Source of the DNA: Lepidodermella squamata
Taxonomy: Eukaryota; Animalia; Gastrotricha
Direction of reading: 5' to 3'
NCBI GenBank assembly: GCA_047495785.1
Contig: JBLDXI010000055.1
Location: forward strand, 806,001 to 870,000
Length of the DNA stretch: 64,000 nucleotides
This document shows positions 1 to 12,100 of this stretch, one piece after another. A program made the translations under genes and the position numbers. Each line of letters begins with the position of its first letter. Positions within the stretch are counted from its first letter, which is position 1. The notes beneath the pieces are model-generated. The model worked only from the letters and a program-made list of their open reading frames with translations. It was not told the DNA's origin and did not search any database.

Positions 1-884
1 ACCCGCCTTGTTTTCTGATCGATTTTACCACTATTTTCAGATTTTGGTTATTCAAGGCAATACGATTAAGACGACTCAGAAGTACCAATTCACCACGACA
101 ATGGACGTCGATAACATTCGTGCTGTGAAAAATGGATTTGTCTATACCGTTACTAAACAGGAAAACAACAAATTTCAGCGCGGCATCGGTTACTTTCAGG
201 CGAGCCCTGTTCCGAATGTCCCGCCTACAAATAGCATTACTTGGATGACTGAAAATTCGCACGCTCTCGAACAGCTTATAACATGTGATGACTGGCCGTG
301 GTTCGCATTCTCCTACCACAACCGGAAATTGATGGCGATCGATATGCGAAAAGACCATAAACGAAGTCATTCGTTTACGTTCGACAATTCCCCTCGGCTG
401 ATCGGCGTTTTGGAGTCATCGGCTGACAGGGTGTCGATTCTTTGCTCGTACGAGAAGGGTTATGCGGAATGTGTTTTTACATCTCGAGCTCCGCTCTTTG
501 ATGTAGTTGCATGCAGTTTCAATCACGTTTCTTCAACCAGAATTGATGGAGAAATCGCTACGCTTGAAAAATCCTACGCTTTGGTACTCAACTCCAATCG
601 AATTATCGTTAGTTAATATTATGGTGGTTGTTTTATGTCAGTTTTGGAATGTTTTTTACTTACAGAAAATCGAGAATTTTCCCAAAAAACCGGCTCTAGT
701 TGGAAGCTATGTGCCAAAAACTGTGACTCACGCGACGATTGGTGAAAATTTGCTAATCAGAAGCTTGGCAGTAAAAACGATTGCGGATGCTCAATCACCC
801 CCGAAAGAAGGCGTCGCTATGATCATTCAGAGTAGCGATGGAAAATTGCGTCTTATTGTCGAATCTTTCCCAGAATCTTTGTGA
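1..884 (+). CDS. 3' part of a spliced gene (5' end outside window); probable divergent beta-propeller protein paralogous to the C-terminus of the gene at 2515-8948
   Basis: Two open exons (about 41-607 and 666-884) joined by a short GT-AG intron. The last exon 'KIENFPKKPALVGSYVP' resembles 'RYVNFPENASNVGAFAP' in the last exon of the 2515-8948 gene. Confidence 0.55.
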
Positions 885-1034
885 TATTGGCCATTTATTG
901 CTTTGGTGATATTTGTGAATTGTTTTAAACTGAGTAAAAGGCTTAGCTAGCTACATTTTCATTTAAATTTAAGATTTTCACGGTTTAATAGCTCTACTTT
1001 TACACGCTGTTATTATGTCATACTTCTCTCAATA

Positions 1035-2321
1035 ATGACGTCATATGAAGAGGTTGGTGATAACTTTGTGCTCCAAATTGTTCCATGTTGACCCTTTGCC
1101 GTTTTAGCTTGTAACTTGTTCTGTTTGCCTCGCGATCTATGAAGATCCGAAGATTTTACCGGCCTGTCCTCACACTTACTGTCTGAAATGCCTGGAGGGC
1201 ATGGCCGCCAAGAATGGCTATATAAATTGCCCAGACTGCCGTACACCCAGTCTTATTGGCAAAGACGGTCCTCAAGGTGAGTGAGAAATCAAGTTTTTCA
1301 ATGTCAAGTTACGCTGTTTTTGTAGGGTTCAAGTCGAATATTCTAGCGCAACAAGTGGCTGATAAAGTGCGAAAAGGGGACGATGGTAAAGTGTCAACCA
1401 ATGGAAAAGCGCCGAAAATAGTTGGCATCGCTCAAATTAAACAGCCTCAACGCATTGTTACGTCTGATAATTGTTTCTTGGTAGTTCACAGCGACCTGGA
1501 AATTTCGGTGAGTTGCATTTTAATCACTCGAATAACTCGAAAAAATCGCAATTGACCTTCAGATAACGGACGATAAAGGAATTGTTTCGAGCAACTTTAA
1601 AATTGAAAACCCGGAAGATTTGGAATACTTAATCATCGATGACGTAATTGCAGTTGGCGATCAAATCTTTTTCTCTTGTTCCTGTTCAGCTCCGAACTCG
1701 CCTCGCCGTATTTATCGCTTCTCTCGGTACTGGACAGGCCCTATTCGGCCGATCATGTTCACTTGGACCGAAATTGGGGACGCGTTTAGAGGACTCGCAG
1801 CCTCTCTGCCACTTGATATCTTAATCACGTGTGTAGATACTGAAGTTATCGGGTTCACCTCATTGACTGCATTGTCGAAATATGAGATGGCGTCGATAGC
1901 CTACCGTTGGGAAATCGGCGCAGCTCCTCATCTTCTTGGTTTGATGCCAACCCCAGAATTGAGAATAATCGCGTCTATAAACGGGAAATTAGCTACCGTT
2001 GAACTGATGTTAAGCGGTGTGATAATTTCCAGGTGGCCTGAATGCTCCGGGAAATTTTCTAATGCGTTTTCAAATGGCGAAACTACCTTGACAATCCAAG
2101 GCCCGAACATTGAAGTAATTTTTGCATATTTTAATTGGTTCTTTTTATTTAAATTCAATAAATTTCAGGTATTTTCTGGAGATGGGGTGAGACAAAGATC
2201 ATTCCTATCCAGCCTAAATAGTCCGCATTTAACGGAATGTAAAGGCGTTGCTTGCGTCGGAAATCGGTTTGCTTTCATTTTTCAGGATCTTGAACGAGTT
2301 GTTTATGGTGAGCTGAAGTGA
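1035..2321 (+). CDS. RING-finger protein with C-terminal beta-strand-rich (propeller/NHL-like) domain
   Basis: ATG at 1035 and intron 1053-1107, then CSVC..CPHTYCLKC..CPDC (C3HC4 RING, missed by the ORF track). Further short introns follow; stop at 2321 and AATAAA near 2437. Confidence 0.75.
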
Positions 2322-2514
2322 AGTAGGCATGGTTTTGTTAAGCTTTTGATTTTTCTTCTGTCAACTCTTTTTCGCTATTGTTGTTCTTGTGAGCGCTTTC
2401 CAATGCTAAGAACCTCTTTTGTTAATCTATGTAATCAATAAATTTTCATTTTTCTCTAGCAATTTACTTTGTCCTACTTACCATTTTATCTATCTTATTT
2501 TTCGAAACAACAAA

Positions 2515-5500
2515 ATGCCTGCTGCAGTTATTCCTGTCTCTGGCAATGACGTCATTTCGGTAATGAAAAATTCACTTGTATCCAAACTGTTTTAAATATT
2601 CCGATTATTCCGATAGAACGTGACTTGCTCCGTTTGTTCAAACCTGTTTTCGATGCCGAAAATGATGCCTGGCTGTCTTCACACATTCTGCATGGACTGC
2701 ATTGACAAAATGCCCGTGCAAAAGAAGCCCCTCTACTCGGCTGTAAGCTGCCCGGAATGCGGCACCGAAAGCAAAGTTCACGGCTCTGAAACCGAGCGAA
2801 AAGCTGAACGTAATAACTCCTTCATTTAAGATTAAAAAAAACTATAATTGTTTGCTATTTCCAGACTTCAAGACTAATCTCATCGCTAAAAACTTGGTTT
2901 CGGTGTTGAAGGCTCAAGTCACCGGTTCGGACAACGACGCTTGCCAGCATAAGGGTGAACGCGAACACTGCGTTCATTGTGCCCGGGACTTTTGCCCATC
3001 GTGCAAGGTCAGCCACATGGAAGAACTGAAAACCGAGTCTATCGACATCTGCAAACGCGTTAGTTTCAAATTCAAGTTTCCTACCAAAATTCTAACAATA
3101 ATTTTTTAGGCCGTGGATGTCAAGGTCATTGACGCACCCTACCAAATGCTGAAACAGATTAAAAGCTTTGTCGAAAAGGAAGCCAAGCTCTTCAACGTGC
3201 AAGTCGCCACTGTTGCCGAGAGTGTTAAGGGAGCTTTCGAATCTGCTCTCTATCGCCAAATCGAGGAGATGAAAGCGCGACTTGCTGCCCGCAAAAAGGA
3301 CCAGATTTCGGCGTTGAAGTCCGCTGTTCATCTGCTTGTCGATGAAGAACGGCTGGACGAGCTGCGCAAAACTCGCGAGGCCCTAGACAGCGAGCCGATT
3401 TCATCTCTTCAATTGCCTGATCTGGCGAATTTCTACCTGGATTGCGTCGAGCGGAATCGGGCTATAACTTATTTGGAAGAAGTTCTGAAGCTCGACCCAG
3501 CTTCACTGTTCAAATTCGAGGTCGACAACGAGGTCGAGTCTTTCATCGCCAGTTTCGAGGCCGTAAATTTCGGAGCTTTGGTTGTCAACCCGAAGGCTGA
3601 AGCTGCGAAAACGTTCCTAGAACGCGCGACTATGGGCCTCGAAATCCCGGCCGATGAAATGGAGGAGGACGAGGCGGATGAGGAAGATGTGATCAAGCCG
3701 AAAAAGGCGAAAAAGGGCGGTGATGCGAAATCGCGCCGTCGTCGAATCACGTCTGAATCTGACGAGGACGAACCTGCGAAAGAGGATGATGTGATTATGT
3801 TAAGCGCTGAGGAGTCCGATGGTCTTCACACCGAGGAGGAATGTTCATCCGAGGAGATGAGTGGCGATGAAGATAGCCATGAAACCAGCGATACCAGCAT
3901 AAACTCTGAGGGCGAGGAAGAGGAAGAGGAGGATGACGAAGAGCTGGAGGAGGAGGAAGTCGAAAATTCAGACTACGAACGTTATTCGACGGATAGCAGT
4001 GAGGCGATTGAAGTTGCCGGCGAGCAGGATGAGGTCGTCATCGATAGTGTCCTGAAGGACACGAAGCGTGTTGTGATCAAGGACTCGAATGCGGTTGTTG
4101 CTCTGCCGTCGAAGAACGCATTTGGTGTCATGCACGAAAATACCTTTTTCAGCGTAAGTAAAACCTCAGTTTAACCTCAAAACGGCTTAATTTCTAGCAA
4201 AAATAGGAAAATTTAGTCACATTTTTACGGCTCTACGACAATTTAGCAATAAAAAGATAAAATCCGACATTTTATCTGCGACATTTAATCAAAACAAAAC
4301 AAAAAACGACATTATATAAAACTTAAAACTTGGGCCGACAATTCGGCAATCTTAATTAAGCAAAGACATTTTAAAATAAATATTCATATGAATTTATTTA
4401 TGTAGTAGCACCGACTTCAACAAAGTAAGTCACGTAGGTACAAAATTGCAAATCGGCAGCGACAAAAGTTAGGTTTTTTGGTAACGAGTGAACCGACAAA
4501 TTAGCGATAGGGGTACGGTTAGGTATGGTGAAGGTGGGTATGATAGAGGTACATGGTGCTGCCGTGGGTGCTACCGTAGATCGGTAAGTTTTAGCATTGG
4601 CCACTCCTGATCAAAGTCGACAAATGACTGCCTAAACAGCGTAAACATTCGTTCGATCTCCTAATTTCATCACTTCTGCTCAATTTTTGCACGTAAAGGT
4701 AGAATTGTTTTTTTGCAGAAATGGTGGTGAAATTAGCTACTTTTGAAAAAGTCTGTGTGAGATTTTGTCGTCGCTGGATTGTCGTTCTCATTATTTCGCT
4801 CAAAATATAATGTAATGTAATCAAGGCGATTTTTAACATTTTGTCGGAATTATTTGGGCTTTGCCAAATTGTCGTTTATTAAAATATTTTGCTAGATTGT
4901 CGTAACGCGATTTTTACGATTAAGCTGGATTTTTTCATCTCAATTTTTTATCATTTTTTATTTAGCTTGTTCAACCCGGTACTGGCCGAATTATTCGAAA
5001 ATACACTATTTCCTTCCCGCCCCGTGTTGATACTATTGACATGTTTGAGCTGGCTACGGACGACCGTGATTGCATCATCCTAACAGCCGAGGTCGCTACG
5101 ACCGTCGTTAACAGGACCACCGTCACCGAATCTGAGCCGAAACCCAACCAGTCAACTGAGGTTATTCCTGGTCACAATGAAAGTACTAACGATTCGGCGA
5201 AAGAAAACGCTGATGCCGACGGTATGGAGGTCGAAAAGACGCTGGATGATGTCGTTGAAAAGGTGGCTGAGAAGCAACCAGGTCCTCAGGTTGAAACGGC
5301 TGTGGAGGTTGAAACTGAAGTTGAGCAGTCGGTGACTAGCCGTCGTCTCTACCGTTTCTGGATGAACGATCGAACTGAAGAGGTCAAGATGTACCTGTTT
5401 GCCACTGCTCGTGACGGCGAAGATTTCAACGGCTTGGCTGTTAGCAAGAAATGGGGCTACGTTTTCACGACTGAAGGCGATAGCATTGTTGCCTTCGCCT

Positions 5501-8500
5501 CAATCGGAATCAGCCGCTCGCAGCGTGGCGTGCGAATTTTTCGCTGCAGCGTTGGACCTGAGCCGTTTGTTCATTCGATTTACCAAGAAACCAGCGCGAC
5601 TGCTCATTTGATCTGCTCGTCCGAGTACAAGGTCGTCGATAAGGTGCTGCGCCTCGGTGAAGATGGCCGCTTGCAGTACCAGAAGGACAAACGCTGGCGC
5701 CACAGCGATGTCGAGGATTTGAAGGTCGTCTGGCCTGGCTTGATTGGCGTTTGGGACGACAATGCTGTAGTTTCCAAGGGCTACTTTTTACAGGTATTTT
5801 AATATTTAGTTCGTCGATTTCTTGTATTCGAACAATCACTTCTCGAATTATTTATTCAGCTCACCAGTGCCGATTTCAGATAATATCGCTTTCTGTAATT
5901 TATTTCCGGGCCTCTTCCTTGATTAGTACGATAAGTACGATGTACGATAAGTCATAAAATTCCAGCTATCCCTAAACCAAGCAGCTGCCCAACGCATAAA
6001 AGATCTAGAGGAACAAAAAAGTTACAATCTAAGACTTCACAAAATTCACGACAGATTACCATGAGATCGGTTGAAGCAGTGAAATCCGGAGTGAAACTGA
6101 AGTGCCACACAATAGAAATGGATCCGTTACCAAATAAAAAACTTGTTGAATGAAAAGTGCAGCATTAGTACACAAAGAGCTGATGTTAAAAACTTCCCTG
6201 GCTGCATTGACAAAGCTTGAACTATGCCAGGCTGCATCAATTAAATTTTAAATACTTACTTTCCGAATAAGTAGTCGAAAAACCTAGAAAGAGAAAACAG
6301 CATTAGTTTGGTGCATCATTCCATCTTCTTAAAAATCTTTCATTCTTCAAATCTTCAAATCAATCATCTTCTTCGAATCAAACGTCTTTAGCAATCTTCG
6401 GATCTTGGATCTTTCATCTTCGAATCACTCATCTTCAAATTCGTATTTTCAATTTCTTCAGTGAACAGTTTGCGAAGTGTTCGACTTGAAAATGACATGC
6501 ACATGCAAACATGCGATAAAAACTAGGCAATAAAGCTTACTATTTTCAATTGGAACAATTGTTGGAGATCTGACCGCGCTTGACGCACCCTCGGCATGTC
6601 TTCAGCGGGCAATTGCGGCTGAAGTGCCCCAGCTCCTTACAGAAGTCGCATACGGTGGTCTTGGCGGTGGTTTACTGCCACTTACTATGTAAAATATGTA
6701 AAATGAAATTGAAAATTACTATACATCGTTGTACAATATTTTGCCTCAGCGGGACAAGTTGACAAGGGTTACTAGCCGGGTTACTAGCATTCCTACCACT
6801 TGCCCAGGCATAACAACATCCGACGACAGTACATTCATATAAATCATGTAATAGGGGACGGGACACATAATTACTTTTGGGCGACTGCTTTTCCGGTGCG
6901 AATGCCGCTCAAACTTCCAGCGCTGAAATTCCTGGTGATACTGTAAAATTTGGGCCTGTTTTTCTGTAAATGAAAACAATGGAGGCAAATGTTGCCATAG
7001 TTCTCACTTTTCAAAAGAAACATTAAAACTGCAAATATTTTGGTCTTATTCAGAAAGGGTTGACTTTTTATCATGACAAGAATGATATTATCCAGTTCGC
7101 CCTTATACCTCCGACCAAAGATTGCTTTGCACAGATCTTTAGATGATAGGAATTTCCCACAACGCTTACGCCACATTTGGAAATATTTATTGATGGCGTC
7201 TCCGTCAAATTCTAACGACTCTAATTCTTCGAAGAATGTTCTGAACAAAGGAAACTGGTCGTAAGAATCCGAGACCAGCCTCTGGCTAACGGCTTTTCTT
7301 AGTTTTCCATAGCACTGGTCGTGCTACAGAATGAAAATAAACAACAACATTTACAATTATGAGGCACCCTAGAGTTTGACGAAACGTACATATCCGTTAA
7401 GGTATGCTCTAGCGGTGGCATATGACTCCACGTCAGCTAGGCTCGCATTTTCCAGCAGACAACTGTCATCAATCATGCCGCCGTTGATCTGGCATTCCTT
7501 GTTGCAGCAACGACGAATGCAATCGAGACCTTTAACATTGAAATTTCGCTTGATTGACTGCTCTGAACTTGAAATGAAATCAACACGAACCATAGGTGAA
7601 GAAGAGGTGCATTCTTTCCAGTAGGTTGCAGAGGCTGTTGTGTAGCGACCGCTCATATTTTCCAAGGTTACCTAAATATTGTGACCGCGCTTGCCGCACC
7701 CTCGGCATGTCTTCAGCGGGCAATTGCGGCTGAAGTGCCCCAACTCCTTACAGAAGTCGCATACGGTGGTCTTGGCCGTGCACCCATTTTACTTGATTTA
7801 TTCCTGGATCGACCTCACGCAGATCAGCTGTGTTCAGCAAGATGGCACTTTTCTGCATAAGCTGATGGCAAGGGTTTTTTGCCTTGAAACGAAGCAGCGT
7901 TATGCGCTTTTACCCATCGGATCAATACTTCCATTGTCTCGGAAGACAATCGATGTAGAGGAACGCCAGCTTTGACCGTGAATGGCATGTGCGACTCCAC
8001 CACAGAAATACCATCAATCGGCTTTAAAAAAATCAATATAGTTTGGGAAGATGTCTAAGGTGGCAATATGGAGTAGTCTAGTCACACACAACGCGGAAAA
8101 GGGTACCGAATCGACGAAAATCTTTCACCTGGCTGTCAGTAAGCTGATTTTTTGCTGGTAGGTTGTGGCACAAAGCGAAGAGACGTGCTGCTAGAGGAAA
8201 TATTTCGTCGATGGCAACAAATTTGCGACGCATAAGCTGCTCTGCCTATAAAAAGAAAACACGATTTAATGGTTAGTAAAATTGCCTTGATGGGGACGAA
8301 ACCATGTGTGACAGCAAGTGCAACCACCTGAGACTTTTTGTAGCTGTCGGGGGCGCGGACGGCACGGATTTGTTGTAGCCAAGACAGAAACATAAGTATT
8401 CACGACTTAAACGAGAGATTGCAGGGTGTCCCAGGGTGCGACCACAGCGGTAGCATTTTCGAGCCGCTTCTTTGCCGTCGGCGAAATCCGGTGACTGTAT

Positions 8501-8948
8501 GTTGGCATGAACGACTATTCCAGGTCCAAGCTCGAACGACATGTTGGACGAGAAATCTTGAATTTAGTCGCGATTATCTGAATTCAGCAGCAAAAAAAAC
8601 TAAATCAGATCCTAAGCCGTAAGGCGGTACATCTGGGAATGTTGGGAAATTGTACGGGGAATCTTGGATCTTTAGAGACTGCTTTCAGTTCACTTTGCTC
8701 TAAAATTTGTTTTTTATTCTTTTTAGCGTTACGTCAATTTTCCTGAAAACGCTTCGAACGTTGGAGCTTTTGCCCCGGCATACTCGCCATCCCAGGCTCT
8801 CCAATCAATCAAAGCACTGGCAGTTATGCGAAGTGGAAATGGTTTCGGTTCATCGTCAAAAGACTACATTGCCCTGCTCAACGAGTCCGATACCGTCTCC
8901 GTCGCTGTTCTGCCGAAAGACGGTTGCTGCCTGAGCATCGTCGAATGA
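2515..8948 (+). CDS. TRIM-like protein: RING, degenerate B-box, coiled coil, acidic low-complexity tract, divergent propeller-like C-terminus
   Basis: RING CSVC..CLHTFCMDC..CPEC; B-box-like CQH..CVHCARDFCPSCKVSH; helical region, then a long E/D tract. In-frame splicing across introns 4154-4965 and 5794-8726 leads to a last exon 8727-8948. Confidence 0.75.
4200..4920. mobile_element. Degenerate foldback/MITE-like insertion in intron
   Basis: Imperfect inverted motifs: acgacaatttagcaa near 4236 and ttgctagattgtcgt near 4889. Many cgaca/tgtcg motifs lie in opposite orientation at the two ends of an 812-bp intron. Confidence 0.4.
6571..6665 (-). repeat. About 95-bp direct repeat, copy 1, encoding Gag-like CCHC zinc knuckles
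   Basis: Near-identical to 7682-7776. The minus strand reads CDFCKELGHFSRNCPLKTCRGCVKRG (CX2CX4HX4C). Confidence 0.8.
6746..7665 (-). other. Spliced antisense ORF of unknown function nested in an intron (possibly TE-derived)
   Basis: ORFs 7369-7665, 6871-7248 and 6746-6988 can be joined in frame by two short GT-AG introns (..YLNGY|HDQCYG.. and ..LLK|KQAQ..). Confidence 0.4.
7682..7776 (-). repeat. About 95-bp direct repeat, copy 2, encoding Gag-like CCHC zinc knuckles
   Basis: The minus strand reads CDFCKELGHFSRNCPLKTCRGCGKRGH. Confidence 0.8.
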
Positions 8949-9194
8949 GCTCAAAATGATGAACCACGTTTTATTGTCTTCAATTTTGTGAACTGCTTTC
9001 TTTGAAATAGCCCATAATCAAACAATATAGCTTTTTGCAAACATCGGGCGAATTTCGATTCAAAGATAGATCTTGCTTGGAAAAACTTATCGTGCTCAAT
9101 AGATTTTGTGAAATCACTTTGTGGCTTTTATTTCTGTTTCTTCCGATTATTAAACCGGTGCATTACATTATTTCGTTATATTTTAGGGTTTGAT

Positions 9195-12100
9195 ATGAAT
9201 AACCCTGGTTTGGTGTTGAAGATTTTGCTCAGGACTGCCCCGGATCTGAACCTGTTCCCCTGTCGATCGAGAGATGATGGTCAAAAGTTTCAGAAATTTG
9301 CTGAGAAATATTTGTCGGCCTTCCAAGCCAGCCAAACTGCGAATCCTGAAAGCTTGCTGCGAAAGCTGAATTTCGAGCTGAGCCAGGGCAAATCGTTCGC
9401 GATCAAGCGCGCGGTCCAATACGCGTTCTCAGATGGAAAAAATGCTGTCTCGTCTGAGGAGCAGGATCGAATCTGTGCTATTTGCACAGCTATCGTGCTG
9501 CATTACTACAATTTCACGCAAAAACAGTCGTTTGAACGGCTGCATAAGCTGAAATCGTCGCAGCAAAGTTTGCCGATTTACAACTATCGCGACCAAATTG
9601 TGGAAGCTGTTCAAAAACATCAGGTTTGATTTTATATTATTCTAACAATAGCATTATTCAAAATTGGTAATCATGGTCTGCTGGATTAATAAATTCGTAC
9701 TTTTTCGATGAGAGTGATACTTGAAGGCAAAGAATAACCCATTTTCTACGATCTCTTTATTTTATTACGAACGGAAGGCTCTGAAATTGCATGTAAAACA
9801 GGGAAGCTTATTTATGCGTACCAGGTTCTTTAAGGTAAATGAGCGGTTCAACCGGGTACAGACGGGTTGTAACGATTCAATCCGATAATTTACATGATTG
9901 TAACTAGAGTAAGAAAAAGAGTGATATTGACGGCTTTACCGGTCGCGAAGTCAGTAGCAGGCGGTATTATGGCGGACCGGGGGCGGACGGAAATTGTTGC
10001 GGTGATATAATATGTTCTAATTAACAACTACAGCAATACGATGAAGTTGAAGTTGAGGGCGGGAAAAAGGGATCGGGTAGAGAATAGAGGAGACGTAATT
10101 ACAGATATTACAATGACGGTGGAATTGAGTACCGCCGCGTTCGTAACCGCCGAGATGTTAAGGCGGTTCTGTAGCAGCAGTGGCTCGGCCGATTCATTCA
10201 TTTCAGCGTAACGGGCTACGACCGCTGCAGCCGCCAGATCGGCGGCGGCTTTAGCGCCCGCCCTCATGCCCTCAGTCACCATATCGCGCAGCGCAGCGGC
10301 ATTGCGCTTGCGCACGAAGCACCAACGAATGGTGCGAACCATGAATCCAGCGCAGGTAATGAACGAAAAAAGCATAGAAGCATAGACGGCGCTTCAATGC
10401 CAATGGCATCGCATAAATTGCACGGCCCACGCGCGCCGCGGCAGGCCACCTCTGATTCCGCTGAAAAAAATTTAGAAATCAAAAAGTAACATACAAACAA
10501 ACAAGAGTATTGTCGTTCGTTCGTGCAACACAAGGCTGCCGTCCGGCAACCGGCGCTGCGCCGCAGCCGTGAAAAGTTTGCATAGCAAGTAGGCAATTAG
10601 CAACCAACAAGTCCACGCCAATCAGTGTTTTGCAAACTAGCGCTTTAATAAACGTAAAGTAAATGGAGGCGCTTAAATAAATAAATAAATTAAGGCTCAA
10701 ATAATGGTATCAGACGGGCACGGCCGAGGGCCGCTTGCACTGATTCTTGAACCACCCGAGGGTATGTGCAAAAAAGAGTTTCACGTAGTGGAAACCATGA
10801 TACCGAGAAAACTTGGAAAACCCTTGGGTGAGTTCGTCATACTCGAGCTGTTTGCCTATGGGAAATATATTAGGAAGAACTACATGAACGGTTCCAGGCA
10901 TAACAACTTCGGTGAAATAGTTGTCTGAGCCACCATCTTCATATCGTTTGTGTTCTGCAGTAATGTAGCTTAACCATGCTATTGGCACATGACAAAATAC
11001 ATTTTCTTAATTTGACGAATTTAGCCTCGAAACTGGTATCAAAATGACCGCCTTGATGAGATGAGCAAGAATATGTATAACTCGTGGCATTTTGACAGTT
11101 CAGTGCAAAGAGTTGAAACGAGTTTTTAGCCGAAGTACTCCTATCATTATTAGTAGTATGTAGTATGCGCATATGCAAATAATGGCCGCTTTCGCAAGCG
11201 CCAATTTCGCGCACATTGTTTATTTATTGAGATTTTTGGCGCGAAGTTCAGCGGCCTCGGCATCACAGACACGAGCATGCTTCTTAGGAGTTGGCCCAAT
11301 CGTAGAAGATCCTAGGTAAAACAATGTTAGCCAAATGAAATGTGTGATATCAAATCAAAACCTGGCACTTCAGGATGCTCAGGCTCCTGAAATTCGCACA
11401 TTCCCGCACATTCTGCAAAAATGAATAATCATGGTAATTACAATTTCGGGTTTCAGCTTTTACCAATGTTTCCATCTGGTGTGTCGGCAGCAGCAAAGGA
11501 TTGCCCAGCAACTTTCAAGTGAGCAGACGCGCGCCGGAACGGCGTTGCAACACTTTCAAGCAGCGGTGATACCGCGCCGCGAATCGTTTCTTGAGTTGAA
11601 ACAAATATTACAAGAATCTAGCAACTAAAACAAACAAACCAATGTCGACACTAACGAAGGCTCGCTCTCGGAGGCAGCCAGAAGTAGAAAGCATGAATGA
11701 AAAAATAAGCAAATTAATTACAGCTTATCAACAATTCGAGCACGTAGAGCTCTGGTTTTGGTAATGACGTAGAGACAGCAGCAACAAATTACTATAGCGC
11801 CAGTAACGCAGGTAACAGCGATGATCGCAATATAGAAATACTGATGCTCCTAAAAATACAAATAAACTACAAATAAATACAATACAAATAATGTAAAACC
11901 ATACCGTCAACTGGGGTGACTTTGGGCATCGGGGTCACTTCGACGTACCAAAATGGGGTGACTTTGGCGTACCAAAAATCAAAGATGGTAAGGTAAATAC
12001 CCCGCGAGTGGGGTACCGTTGGATAGCCTGGAGGAAATACAGTCTGAAATTGGCATACGATTTCAATTTTGATCAGACGGCTTAGGTTGGGCAGTCACCA

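Noticed and set aside
10028-10375. 115-aa Ala-rich - strand ORF in DHX34 intron 1
   Set aside because: No recognisable motif or splice support.
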